Source: Kudoa neothunni
Lineage: Eukaryota > Animalia > Cnidaria
DNA: 64,000 bases
Assembly (NCBI GenBank): GCA_964304625.1
Contig: OZ199838.1
Location: 543,059 to 607,058, forward strand
Direction of reading: 5' to 3'
Part shown: in pieces, positions 1 to 12,389 of the stretch
How positions within the stretch are numbered: the first letter of the stretch is position 1
Layout: each line of letters begins with the position of its first letter
Notes under the pieces: generated by a model
The model's database searches: none
Told to the model about the DNA's origin: nothing
What the model saw: the letters and a program-made list of their open reading frames with translations, nothing else
Made by a program: the position numbers and the translations under genes

Positions 1-1063
1 AAGAATATCCAAGATTATAGACTTGAATGTTTATTAGAAAATTTTGTATGGGCAATATAATGTGTCGTTGGGGTCCCACAGACTCTAAGTCCATTAGAGG
101 ATTAAGATTATTTGGCTGGAAAACAATTTGCAATGTTTATTGAGGTCATATTTATTGATAAAATATTTATATCCTTTCATACTGGGGTAAAATATGACGA
201 ATGGTCAGTTCTAAAAAATTATAAATACTAATTTCTTTTTTGATAGATATCTCAAAAAAATTCAATCTACGTGAGTTGGCGGGAAAATGCATATTATGTG
301 CTAGTCACGTGACACAACAGACAGGAAATTCCTAGTTTAATTCAACAATATTTTTAAAGACATTTATTCTCTTATAATCCAAAAAAATTACGAAATTTGT
401 AATTTGTAACCCAATATATATATATATATATATGTAAAGAATGATTGTTATACACATGATATTGAATGGTAGATATGTATCAACTATTCAATACAATGGA
501 CAACAGCTTATTAATTTGCTGCAATGTTGTTAGGTACTTACTAAATAAAACGAGTATTATGGATTTATTTTGAGTAAACAATTACAAAATTTGATAACAA
601 CACAATGGCAATTAAACAGCAATTAAAGTCGTTGTTTCATGAATAGTAAATTGGTGCATATCACCATAGTTACAACAAAAATACAATAATGTCATAAAAT
701 AGAACGTTTGTGTTTTATTGGAGAAAAGATAATAAATTACAAATTTTCAAAACTTAAGTGATACAACAAAAATTTTCACACTTATTCATCCGCAACAATT
801 GCAACACAATCAAGCATATCAGAGAATACATAGAGAGTATTAGCACCTAGCAATTGATCGTGACTTTGTCATCAAACAATGAGCAATAATAGCGCGTAAA
901 CTGATAACATGCGGGAAAAATAGAAAAGGAAGATGATTTCGTTGGGATATCTTTAAAATCACCCAAAACACACTATATAAGGGTAAGCTGGAAAAGCTTC
1001 AACCCTCGTGCATAATCGGTATCTGGCGCACCACACCTAGGTGTTTCTTGATTGCGGTGGGTT

Positions 1064-3615
1064 ATGCACTTCCTGTACTTCAAGTTTAGAAGCACAATTG
1101 AGTATGAGAAGCTTGCGATAGATTCGAGAGTTATTACTGTTGGCGAGTTTAAAAAGTTGATCGCTGAGCATAAGGCAATAGGGAAGAATGCTGACACTAG
1201 AATTGAGGTGAAAAATGCCACCACCGATCAAAGTAAGTTTTTACATGGAGGAAGCACCCACACATATAAACAACCGCCTCATAGATTACACTGACGACAG
1301 CGAGTTAATTCATGAGAATTCGACATTGGTCCTTCGACGTGTTCCTTCATATCTTAACTCAACCTCAATTCCACTGATTAAGTCATCTCAAATAAACGAC
1401 CAATTGGGGGCTGTTCCCAATCAATCTTTGATCGTACATAATTGTGTCATTTTAATAATTTTAATACAATCCACTCAACTCACATTGTAGGTAAATAATG
1501 CCACTTTTATCAGCAGCAGCAGCAGCAGCAACATCACTACCACTACCACTACCACCACCAATAACTTTCCTGCCACTACAGAAGAGGAAAGATTGAAAGT
1601 TATCATGAATCAAAATCAAAGTGTGATTGAATACGAACAAAAGTATGTTTGGTGTTGTTTGACCACCTAGTAGAATTAAGCTTGGAATTTGACTCACATT
1701 GTTATTAGCCAAAGTGACCTAATGAAAACGGGCAAACGAACCGGAAAAGTGCCGATTTGTTATCATTGCAAGGCGGTCGGCCATGTTTATCGTGCTTGTC
1801 CTCTACTTACACAGCAGTCCCAAGTTATGAGAGATGAACCTACTCATATATTTTTAAAATCGTATTTTTTTCTACATTCCATAGTATGCTGCGCTGTCAT
1901 GTTCTGTATTGCGTGATTGGATTAAATTGGTTGCAGAATTGTTCTTGTGATTGATTGAATCCTCTCAACCATAATTTTTTTAACAACCCAATTAAGCGAT
2001 TGACAATTTGGAAATACACAATAATTCATTCTATTATTGTCGGAAAAAAATGTTGCTCAATTATCCATAGGTTAATCTAATCTAATCTAATTGTGTTTCA
2101 GTATATTGTGTGGGTTGGCTGAATCGTTAGTAACTCACTCCGAGCGCGGCTACTCGTGGCGCCGCGTTCCTACGTTCTACGATCGTTAGTTTTTAATTAA
2201 TAGGCTAATTAATTCATTTGTTTTGATTAAAGAGGTCGTTGTAATAGCAAATACTTTAGACAATTGGGATTGCTTCCCTCTAAAGGTTCAAACAATACAA
2301 TCAGTAACACCAACGATGCCCCCGCTAGTGGTGTTGTGGGCGCTGCGGGTGGCGGATTGAACAATGCTCATCTAAAAAATATACCGGATTATCTGATCTG
2401 CCCATTGTGTCATGATCTCATGGAGAAAGCTGTGCTTGCTCCATGTTGTGGGACCAGTTTTTGTGATAGCTGCATCCAGGATTATCTTTTGAAAAATGAA
2501 TTTAAGTGTTTTGCTTGCGAGGCAGTTTGCTACCCGGACACTATAGTTGCAAATATTTCGTTGAGAAAATCTATATTAACATTCACAGGCGCGGACGGCG
2601 GCGGGGTGGCTGCTTCTACAAAGCAGATGAATACTACCGCTGCTGCGATTCAACAATCTCAACCGTCCCCGTTCTCCTCTAATGGTGAGTTGTTAGGATA
2701 ATCGCGCCAGATCGTTATTGAATGGTTGTTTTGTAGTTGATCCCAAATTAACCACAAATCCACCATCGTCCACCACCTCGCCATCGAATAACCCCACCGA
2801 TTCCGCCGTTAATGGACCAGTTATGAAATCACTAGCCACCCATATGCTTAACTCACTTCTCACTCCTTTGTTGAACAATATAATTCCTAGAAATGGCGCC
2901 AAAAGTAATTTTAAAGGATAACAAAATTAACTCATGGTGATTATCGGTTAACTAGAACAATGGCATAACAATCAGCAGAGGAGTGGCCAAAGGTTTGATG
3001 AATTTTGTGCTAACAACAGCGATAAACTCGAGATGTTGAAACGACGCACTGAATTATTCAAAAAATTGGAGATGTTATCTTATACGCAAAAAGTGCTGTC
3101 CAAAGAACAATTCACAGCTATCCAAGATTGCACTCTCACTCGGTATATTTCCCACCACCTCAATGCACAACCGAGCGCGCCCAACAATTATTGAATATTT
3201 CTAGGAGACATGTGTTTAGTGGTGTGCTACCTAAAACATCGAACAATGATGATGATCCACGAAAATGTAGCCCTTCGCTTGCCCATGACAACAAATCCGA
3301 CGATTATTCACCACATAAAAGCAGACGGCATCCCCGACACAACGAGAAACATTCGAGATCGAATTCTCAATCAGCCAAACGTGATCGTTCTCCCAAATCA
3401 TCCGCTCATACTAATGGAAGAGCGCCCAGTTCTCATCGTATCTCATGATTATGTTGGCTGCTGCTCATGATGTTGCTATAGGGTCGAGTCATCGCCGCCA
3501 TTCACAACGCCGGGCATATTCAAGATCTCGGTCGAATGATCGTAGGCAAAGACACAAACACCAATCATCTCGATCCTCCCGTAAAGAACGTAAGAGTTAC
3601 GGTCACGGAGATTAA
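1064..3615 (+). CDS. RBBP6: E3 ubiquitin ligase RBBP6/Mpe1-like (DWNN domain, CCHC zinc knuckle, RING finger, Arg/Ser-rich tail); multi-exon
   Basis: MHFLYFKFRSTIEYEKL...DYTDDSELIHENSTLVLRRVP (DWNN, split by intron ~1233-1284); CYHCKAVGHVYRACP knuckle; IPDYLICPLCHDLMEKAVLAPCCGTSFCDSCI...CFAC RING; LSKEQF motif; RS-rich last exons ending TAA at 3613-3615. Exon structure between 1824 and 2232 is uncertain. Confidence 0.92.
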
Positions 3616-3924
3616 TCGATTTGGTATACTATTCTATCCATCTGTAGTATATTTAACCGACTTTTATTTCCTCACTTGTATATTTATTTTCCATTAAAAA
3701 ATGTCTTTGTTTATTGCAGTCTAAGATTTCTTACTCCTAGGGTAACTCTAACCAAATTATATATACGTAGTATATATTCCCCGTTATACTCAGCTTTTTT
3801 GCAGTTTATCTCCCCACCTTTGCAATTTAGATTTAGTGTATTCGTGTTTAGTCTTTAAATTTGCGTGAATATGTAGAAATCATGAACCAGAGGAAAAATA
3901 AAAATTTATTAATTTATTGGAATG

Positions 3925-5243
3925 AATGAATTAAATTATTATTCGAGAATAACTTCACCTCTAGAAGACCTGGTGATGTTACCATTCATTTTGCGATAGA
4001 AACCGTTACCATGTTGGGATGTGATTAATTGAAAACTCTCTTTTATCGCATTCTTCAACTCGTTTTCATTTTGACATTCCCTGTGGGTAACTAGATTTCT
4101 CCCAACACATATTACGTTCTCTATTGGATTCAGGAATAGACTATACGGAGGTAAATATGTTATCGTGAATTTTTCTCGTTTTTAATGATGTATTTTCGCA
4201 TTGTCCATAACGAAAACAGGATTATCAATACCACTTGATTCATAGCTGGATGTGTTAGTTCCTGTGGACTAATTTTACATTCTTCAACTCGTTTTCATTT
4301 TGACATTCCCTGTGGGTAACTAGATTTCTCCCAACACATATCACGTTCTCTATTGGATTCAGGAATAGACTATACGGAGGTAAATATGTTATCGTGAATT
4401 TTTCTCGTTTTTAATGATGTATTTTCGCATTGTCCATAACGAAAACAGGATTATCAATACCACTTGATTCATAGCTGGATGTGTTAGTTCCTGTGGACTA
4501 ATTTTAAAATCCTCATCTGAAATCACTCACTCGTGTATCTTGCTATGTATGATACCCTTTTTGTTGATTGCAGAAACAAAATAATGTGAACAAGTTCCTC
4601 TCAAGGAACGACTTCTTTTAGGTCTTGTAACCACTGAAAACCTGACTTCGTCGAGAAATACAATATTTTCATATGGTACATTGGTTTCAATGTCTCTGAA
4701 CATCTCAACATATTCAATTATCTTTTGTATCGTCGTCTCACTATTTCTTCTCTCAGGGACCCTCACAAGCGATTTTAAAATGTAATGAAATTTGCCGATA
4801 ACTCTGTCCATCGTGATTAGGGTTAGGGACACTGTTATGCCAAATTCGTCATTAAAAATTGCGGAAGTTCTTTCAACGTAATTTGAGAATTTTCGTCAAC
4901 CCACCTGATAATTTTTTCATTCTGATCGATGATAGGTGATCAGTGATCAGGAGAGAGGAGTGAAGGTCTTTTCCCGCCTCTAGATTATGCATCTAATGTT
5001 ACTGTTTTGCGAAACTTTGATAATATGGACCACATACATGTATCTTGGTAGATGCATTTCGGAAACAGTGTAAGTGTCACTTCTTCCACTTAAACAGAAA
5101 TTAAACATTTGTTCTCCTGAGTCGGAAGAGATTGTTTTTCGTAGCTTTCTTTTCTCTTTGTGTGTTGGTATATTAAAAAGTTCGCTATCGTCGGATATGG
5201 AGCTCTCAGATTCAACGATATGATCGATGTTATTAGGGTTCAT
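3925..5243 (-). mobile_element. IS630/Tc1-mariner transposase remnant (frameshifted, with internal duplication)
   Basis: Minus-strand translation gives FHYILK..VPERRN, IVFLDEVRFS, FVMDNAKIH and YLPPYSLFLNPIENV (DDE motifs); frame broken; TIRs not resolved. Confidence 0.85.
4049..4506. repeat. 229-bp direct tandem duplication inside the Tc1-like element
   Basis: 4049-4277 and 4278-4506 are essentially identical; one difference seen (acacatattacg vs acacatatcacg). Confidence 0.95.
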
Positions 5244-5560
5244 CTATTGAACTCACTCTCTTAATAGTTTCAAAATACTTTAAAATAAAAATCTTTTTTT
5301 AGCTAACGCGAGATATGAACAAATATGAATACTACTGTTGAGGTGCTGAGATTAAATGAGAAATCCTATAAGTTATAACTTATAATTTAAGTTAAAACAT
5401 AAACACATTAATTATTTGAAATATTTGTGTTAGAAATTACATTTACGCAGGGTGAATAATACAGTCTTACCTTGATTATCCTGAAAACGCACTATGCGTA
5501 AGATATTTGAAATTTTGTTTGGATTTTATTGAAATTACGTGCTGATAAATGTTCGATTAA

Positions 5561-5825
5561 CCTTTCGACGACTTTGTGATCAATTCGACCCCATAGTATA
5601 ATTAACACCAATATTACTCTTGGTGCATTCTTTAAAATTTCTTTATTTTTGATGTATTTTCATAAACTTGTGTACAGTATGTAATAATAAAATTAAGGGA
5701 AAAATAATCGCAATAATTTCTCGCAAAAAATTTTTTCATCAAACCAAAGAAAAAATTATATTAGAAGAATAGCTGGAATCTATTAAGTATTGACTTACTG
5801 TATAAAAAGGTATACCATTAGAGGG
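5561..5825. mobile_element. Possible piggyBac-type MITE
   Basis: TTAA|CCTTTCG ... TTAGAGGG|TTAA with subterminal gaccccat motif resembling other TTAA-flanked elements here; TIR match weak. Confidence 0.45.
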
Positions 5826-6259
5826 TTAAAAAATCTAATGTGCTGTCGTTCAATATTGTTAGTGTTTAAACCCAGCATTATATAATCCGAATAGGATACG
5901 ACATTGAAAATATATTAATATCGCACATAAAAATTTATGTTATTATTCCATGTTTACGGGGTTTCGTTAAAATCCATGGATTTTGTAAAAAATGAATAAA
6001 ACCCGAAGAACCCAATGCGACCTCAAAAAACCCAAGATCCCTGGGAAATGTCCAGGCCCTGGAAATAATTATCAACGCGCATGCATATACGAATTTGGGA
6101 GTTATAATTTACCGCCCGATAGTCTCTGTCTATTGCTCATTGATGATCAATTAAAAACTATAGTTTTGCCGTTAAAAACAAGAATTATTCAAAAAATAAA
6201 TTTCCATGATTGAAATCTTAAATGAGCTAATATCATTCACATTCAAATTCTTTACACAC

Positions 6260-6463
6260 TGTCATAATCCGAGAATCACGATCCCTCACAATAAAGAGAG
6301 AAGTCGTTCCCGGGTGGGAGACCCGGTGGAGACCGAGGCGAGGCCCACGCTACACGGAGATATACATAGACACGACTAAACTGGGAGGAATACCATCACT
6401 ACCTTTAGTCTATTTTATTCCAGTTCTCTTTCTTTTGCGCGGCCTTAATCCCAAACTATAACA
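6260..6463 (-). mobile_element. Solo LTR (204 bp)
   Basis: Begins TGTCATA and ends TATAACA (imperfect inverted termini, TG..CA); flanked by 5-bp direct repeat CACAC (6255-6259 and 6464-6468); AATAAA on the minus strand near 6414-6419; GC-richer than flanks. Confidence 0.7.
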
Positions 6464-6886
6464 CACACAAACTCAGCACGTTGTGTGGGTTTAAGGAAGA
6501 ATTTACGTGTTTTTAATTTATCAAAGATTTAATTTAAAAATAATTAATCTAATTAAAATATAAATATTATGTTTGTTTATTTGTCAATATTAGTAAAATT
6601 AAACAAATAAACTTTCTAGTCGTTAGGAAGACTATTGTACTAGTTTCGATGTATTTTAGTAAGTTGTTGGTGAATTAATAGTAGTACCTAGGTAAGCTTG
6701 AAGGTTTCTTGTTGTTGTGTTGGCAACCTTAATCCAAAAAACCCTTCCTTTGCAATATAATAACACTTGTAAACGGGTTTTATTTTTTTCGACAGTCAGT
6801 TGAATTACTACTGCAACTGACATCTGTGGTAGAGAAAATATTTTGTTTGGAATAATAATTGTAGTCTTGTGCAAATAATCGTCATT

Positions 6887-8263
6887 ATGGACATAGGTAG
6901 GAAAATTCGTCCGGCAGTCTATGCAGGAAAATGGTATCCAAACGATGGTATCAGCTCGATTTTGAAGTTAAGGTTGGTATACTTATTTTGATTTAGGTGA
7001 AATAATTATAGGAATGATGAGAATGTGTTGTTCGCATTACCTATATATAAATGAATATATCAATGTTTATGCGGTGATCTTACCGTAATATAATTAATAT
7101 CAACTTGGTAAGAAAAATGGTGAATAATATTGTTTCAGATACGGACCATATACATTTTGTTATCCTTGCTCGATGATTTGCTATATTCAGGTGCAACACA
7201 CCTACAAATTGTAGGGGATTTTTAAATAAAAAAGATCGTTAATTATCGATGCTATTTATTTTAGGGAACGGGTTTTTATTATTGGTGAATATTACGCCAA
7301 AAAAGATCGACGATGCTATCTTACCAAATACGAAAAATTTGACACTCCCCTGGGCTTGCTTGATGTAGACACAAGAGGTGAATATACTTGTGTCTCAAAC
7401 GTTTGAATATTTTTATTTATTTGTTTATTTAATAGTTATCGACTCCTTAGTTAAAAACGATAATTTCTTTTATATTTCCAAAACCAAAGAATTGAATGAG
7501 CTGTCTATCGAATTTCAAGCTACAATATTACAATACTTAAAATTAAAGTAGGTTTGATTGTTAAAACACAATATTTCACTCATAATAATAGAAATAATGC
7601 AAAATTCAAAATTGTGCCTATATTGGTGCCATCATTAGAATACAAATCCCTGAATGATGTGGCTGTAAAATTGAGTGATTATTTTGGGAAGGAAGAAAAC
7701 CTTTTTGTATTTTCAACCAACCTAGTAAAATGGGGTATGTAATTATTGAATATTATCAGCGGTGATAGTTGGGATAATTTTCTGCATTATTGGATTATAG
7801 GGAAAGCATTCGGATTCACGCCTTTTAGTGAAGATTTGAAGCTGGGCAAAACACATCCAAGGATTGGTGGATTATTATGCCAAGTGAATAACTAATATAT
7901 TTGTACTTATTTAACTAATATTCATCCCCTCACAGATGGTATCCAGACTGAATTATTTCGATTATGCTGTGTTTAAGCGTTTTTTAAAAAATAATCGTAT
8001 AAATTTTCAAGGAGAGGTTGTCATATCGGTTATGCTAAAAGTAGCTTTAGATCATTTCCCAGTTGAATACTATTCTAATTATATATTAGATAGTAGAACA
8101 TATACAAAAAAGAGGTCGTATATGTCATCCTATATTAGACATCGGATGTAGAGCCCTTTATAAGTGTCTCTCAAAATATGCTTCCAGTCTAAACGACAGA
8201 GTGTTCGCCTACTGTCCAATGATAGTGTCCAGCTTTTACAACTATTATGGTTCCTACGATTGA
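6887..8263 (+). CDS. MEMO1: MEMO1-family protein, paralogue A (metal-site residues substituted); 8 exons
   Basis: MDIGRKIRPAVYAGKWYPND / AVILPYGPYTFC / RVFIIGEYY / FDTPLGLLDVD / ELSIEFQ / FKIVPILV / NLFVFSTNLVKWG align in order to MEMO1 (HAGSWY, AIIAPHAGY, RIFILGPSHH, YRTPLYDL, EHSIEMH, FTIIPVLV, NLFVVSSDFCHWG); intact when spliced at GT-AG introns; TGA at 8261-8263. Confidence 0.85.
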
Positions 8264-9561
8264 GTGTAACAGCATCAAACTACAAAAACCCGGATAATGA
8301 TTTATGTTGACGTATATTTTGTTCTTTAAATCCTGTGTGCTCACTTCCACCATTGATATCTCATCGTTATTTATCAAAATATTGGCCACAAATATTTCAT
8401 TATAATCTTCCCTCTGGATAACTGCTCAATTAATTCAGCACACCCAAGTTGTTCGACGCTTAATAATTATTAATTCTCTAAGAGTGAGAAGTCAATATTT
8501 ATCACACTAAAATGAAATGTTAATATTACTTTCTAACGTTCTAAAAATTCTAAAGTTTTGTACAATTTTGTGTATTAAACAAATTGAAATTAAAAGGTAG
8601 ACTATAGTGGGTGAGGGATTTACTTGAGAGTGGCTATATACATGGTAAATAGTATTCTGTTGCGACTAGTTTTTACTATATAAAATTATTTTTGACATTT
8701 AGGGGCAAAGATGAGTCAGAAATAATTAGATATAGCAGCTTTTAATTAATTAAATCAGTATACAACATTTGAGTAGGAGTTGATGTAATAAAAAATTTTT
8801 AACGGCCTATGCATATATCATTAGGGATTAAAATTTATCGTCCTAATAGCATTTGCTTGTAAAGAATAAAACGAATTCTAATCTGAATGAGTGTGGGTTT
8901 GATTTTGATGTGAATAACATGGAAAACATAGATGAAATAGACATAACCTATATCCCATATATCACATATATCAAAATATGAATAAAGGCTTCGAATTTTA
9001 TAAAATTACCCATAAACTTTAGCGGATTTTTATTGTACTTAACGGCTCCTAAAATATTGTATGATAAAATAACTTTATTTTTGATTTTTTCGAGGTTATT
9101 ATTTGTTTTATTCGAAACGTAAAAGCATTCATAAATATTTGCAAATTTATATATAAATTTAATTAATCTACAAAATGAATAAAATAAGATATTAAAATAT
9201 TTTTAATATATCAAAATACTAAATAAAAAAATATAAATATTTTGTTCTTTCATATTATAATTAATGTCATCAAACAGAAAACGCAAAAATTCATTAATTA
9301 AGGAGACTATTGTACTTGTTTCAATGTATCATAGGAAATCGTTCTTGAATTTAAGTTGGTAGCTAGGCGAAACTACAAGAATCGTGTTGTTGTGATAGGA
9401 ACGTTATTCACACACTGTTTCGTTTCATTTTTATCTTACCATTGTAAAGTGATCATCATTCTATCGTAAAATAGTTGGTTTTATTGCGATATTTGACAAA
9501 CATGTTTCAGGAAATTTGTTATAACCGATTTAATTATCACCAAAGCTGTATAATTGTCACC

Positions 9562-10966
9562 ATGAACTTAAGAAGAAAAATTCGCCCCCCAATCCACGCC
9601 GGTCATTGGTACCCCGATGATAGTATAAACAGAATATGAGTATGAATGTTAAGGTGATTATGTGATCAATTTAGAGGAGGAACTATACAGTCTTTGTAAA
9701 CAATTTTATGATCAATATCAGTATACAATCAAACCCCAAAATGTTTATGCCTATATACTACCGTAATTTGACTAATATTGTAGTAATGAAAGGTACTATT
9801 AATCAACATATGTTTAGATATGGACCATTTAAATATTGCTATCCATGTTCGTTTATGTCCTATGTTCACCTGAAATACATGTTCAGATTGTAGATGAATT
9901 TTTCGTAAAAATACCGCTGTTTATATGAAATTTATTTAATAGACACCGGGTTTTCATTTTGGGTGAATATTACGACAAAAATGATCAACGATGCTACCTT
10001 ACCAGATACGAAAAATTCAGAACTCCACTTGGTTTGCTTGAAGTAGACAAAGCAGGTGAGTACACTCCCCATTTGATGGTTAAATTTGTTGCTGTTCTAT
10101 CAAAAATTTATGATATTTTTAAATAGTTAACGAGTCATTAGCTAAAAATGACGAATTTTTTTTATATTTCCAAAACAAAAGAATTGGATGAGTTTTCTAT
10201 CGAATTTCAAGCGACTATATTACAATACTTGAAATCATTGTATTTTTTTAAGAAAATAAATATATAAATACAAATTTTATGGTAACCTAGACATACTGCA
10301 GACTTCAAAATAGTGCCGATATTGGTACCCTCATTAGACAACAGCATCATCAGAAATGTGGCGAAAAAATTGAGTCATTATTTTGGAAATGACAAAAATC
10401 TTTTCATATTTTCGACCAACATGATAAAATGGGGTATGTGGTTCATTTTTACTATAGTTGATAGTTGCTAGTTGCTAGTTGAAACAATTCATTGCATTAA
10501 CGAGTTTTAGGAAAAGGTTTTGGTTTTACGCCTTTTAGTGAAAATTTAAGAGAAGGGAACACGCACCAAAAGATATGCGGGTTAGTAGACCGAGTAATTA
10601 ACTAACACATTTTATATAGTCAACCGAAACTGTTTTAATATTAGCTGTGTGACACAATGAGCAGTATGAATAACACGTTATTCCTGAGGTTTTTACAACG
10701 TAACAGAATTCGTTTGCAGGGAACGGCAGTTATATCGATCTTGTTTAATGTAAAGTGAGAAAATTTACCGATATCATTCATCAGTTGGTTACTAGATAAT
10801 AGAGTATATGAAAGAACGATGGTGTGATTCTCACCATAAGCTTCATATCGATTGTTCCCCTATCGTAAAATATCTCTCAAAAAGAGTCTGCAAAATAAAC
10901 GACAGAGTTATTGCTTATTGTCCAATAATGATACACAGTATGCTCAATAATGACAACAAATACTAA
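9562..10966 (+). CDS. MEMO1: MEMO1-family protein, paralogue B (tandem duplicate); 8 exons
   Basis: MNLRRKIRPPIHAGHWYPDD, AYILPYGPFKYCYPC, RVFILGEYY, FRTPLGLLEVD, EFSIEFQ, NLFIFSTNMIKWG; same intron positions as paralogue A; TAA at 10964-10966. Confidence 0.85.
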
Positions 10967-11105
10967 GGGTAGATTAACATTGAATTGCATATTAGTTGAT
11001 AATCTTTTCTTTTGACGAATCATTTACATGATTTACTTTGGTGATTTTATTAGCACTCATAGTTCCATCATATTTTGGGGATTTCATTATTGTAGTTAAT
11101 TATTT

Positions 11106-11597
11106 GCCTGGACAATATGCCATGGTGGTGTTAGGTCGAGATCGCGTATCGTGAGGTTGCGAGTTCGAAGCCTAGCCTAGTCCGTCCGGGCGTTCCTGTA
11201 TTCCTAACCCGAAATTAAGTAGGAAGGCTGTAGTAATCGCAAGGAATTACGATTTATCATGGTCTTGCTTGCTTGCAACTTGGAAGGGAGCCTGGTGGTA
11301 GGGTAGAATTGCGACGCTCATAAACTCAGGGCGCATTAACGAAAAAACCCTGTAGAGGGGATTTCTGTAGAGTTGATGCTCGCATTCAGACGACTTTACC
11401 GGATTAATTCTGGGGTAGTCCAGGGTACGGTTCGGGTGGTGGCTGTTCCGAAACGAGGATGTTTAATGTGTTAAAATCCCACACTACCGCATAAACTTAA
11501 GTCGCCTTAATATGTCGCTACAGTACCTAAAGCGTAAATGGAGAAGGCCTAACCAGCGCGAACTTCACAACCTACAAGTTGCGCCAGGAGTTTGATT
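11106..11597 (+). mobile_element. tRNA-headed SINE-like element, copy 1 (~490 bp)
   Basis: GC-rich island; A-box-like head and B box GTTCGAAGC near 11163-11171; colinear along its length with the reverse-strand copy at 53963-54403. Confidence 0.75.
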
Positions 11598-11859
11598 TAA
11601 AAAAAATTCTTTTGGGGTCCAATGGGCCCCACATTGTTTTCAATCCGAATTGTTGAAAAAAATATAATAAATAACTTACTAAAGTATGAGGGAAAAATAT
11701 CGATAAAATCATGAAAAATGTTACATTTATATCTTCGCCGGTTGTTAACGATGATCACCAAAATATTTAAAAGGTTAAATTGGGAAATAACTATTGACAT
11801 GGATCATAATATTCAGATAGATATAGCTTTGACGTCATTTAATTATTTTTGGCGGTTAA

Positions 11860-12389
11860 ATGTAGAATAGTGGCCATATTTACCTATTAAAGATTATAAT
11901 TAATCCTACATATTTTAAATTAAATTAATGTGATATTTGTTGAGCAATTAATGGTGGGAATGATCGAATTAATTACAATAAATTATTTTTGATGTTAACG
12001 TTATGCATTTGCTACAATTAGTTAGCTATCGCTTATATAAAATATGAAATTCTTATTCTTATAGAAAAGGGATTGATACAGTAGAGAATCGCTAAGGTTA
12101 TATCCTGATACTTCATAAAAATCAGAGTTTATCGATTTCAATTTTAGAATATATAAAGCACGCTTTACTCGACCGGCTTAATTGGCGGTACATCCTGTTG
12201 AAATAATTGCGAGGAGCTAGGAATTCAACATATAATAGATTACACCAACTATTATTGTGATGACAAATAGCTATTGTCAAAGTTGCCCTATTGGAGATGC
12301 CACATTAATAAATACTCAATAATAACATATTCAAGAGGTTCTTTTTTGTCCGTTGTCGCTGATTTGGATTGCGGCCACTATTCTGCGAT
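11860..12389. mobile_element. TTAA-flanked MITE (Kolobok-like), copy 1
   Basis: TTAA|ATGTAGAATAGTGGCC ... GGCCACTATTCTGCGAT|TTAA inverted termini; interior homologous to 22390-22902. Superfamily is inferred from the TTAA target plus non-CCC termini. Confidence 0.75.

Noticed and set aside
2131-2184. GC-rich hairpin-like stretch in the apparent long RBBP6 intron, as an intronic ncRNA
   Set aside because: It reads as an AG/GT-bounded exon (NSLRARLLVAPRSYVLRS, resembling the RBBP6 PRSF motif) that splices in frame to the RING exon; more likely coding.
8189-8389. Minus-strand 66-aa ORF as a separate gene
   Set aside because: Overlaps the last exon and 3' flank of MEMO-A, has no recognisable motif and has stops just upstream in frame.
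11106-11185. Functional tRNA gene
   Set aside because: Has A/B boxes but no convincing cloverleaf or acceptor stem, and continues into a repeated body; treated as a SINE head.
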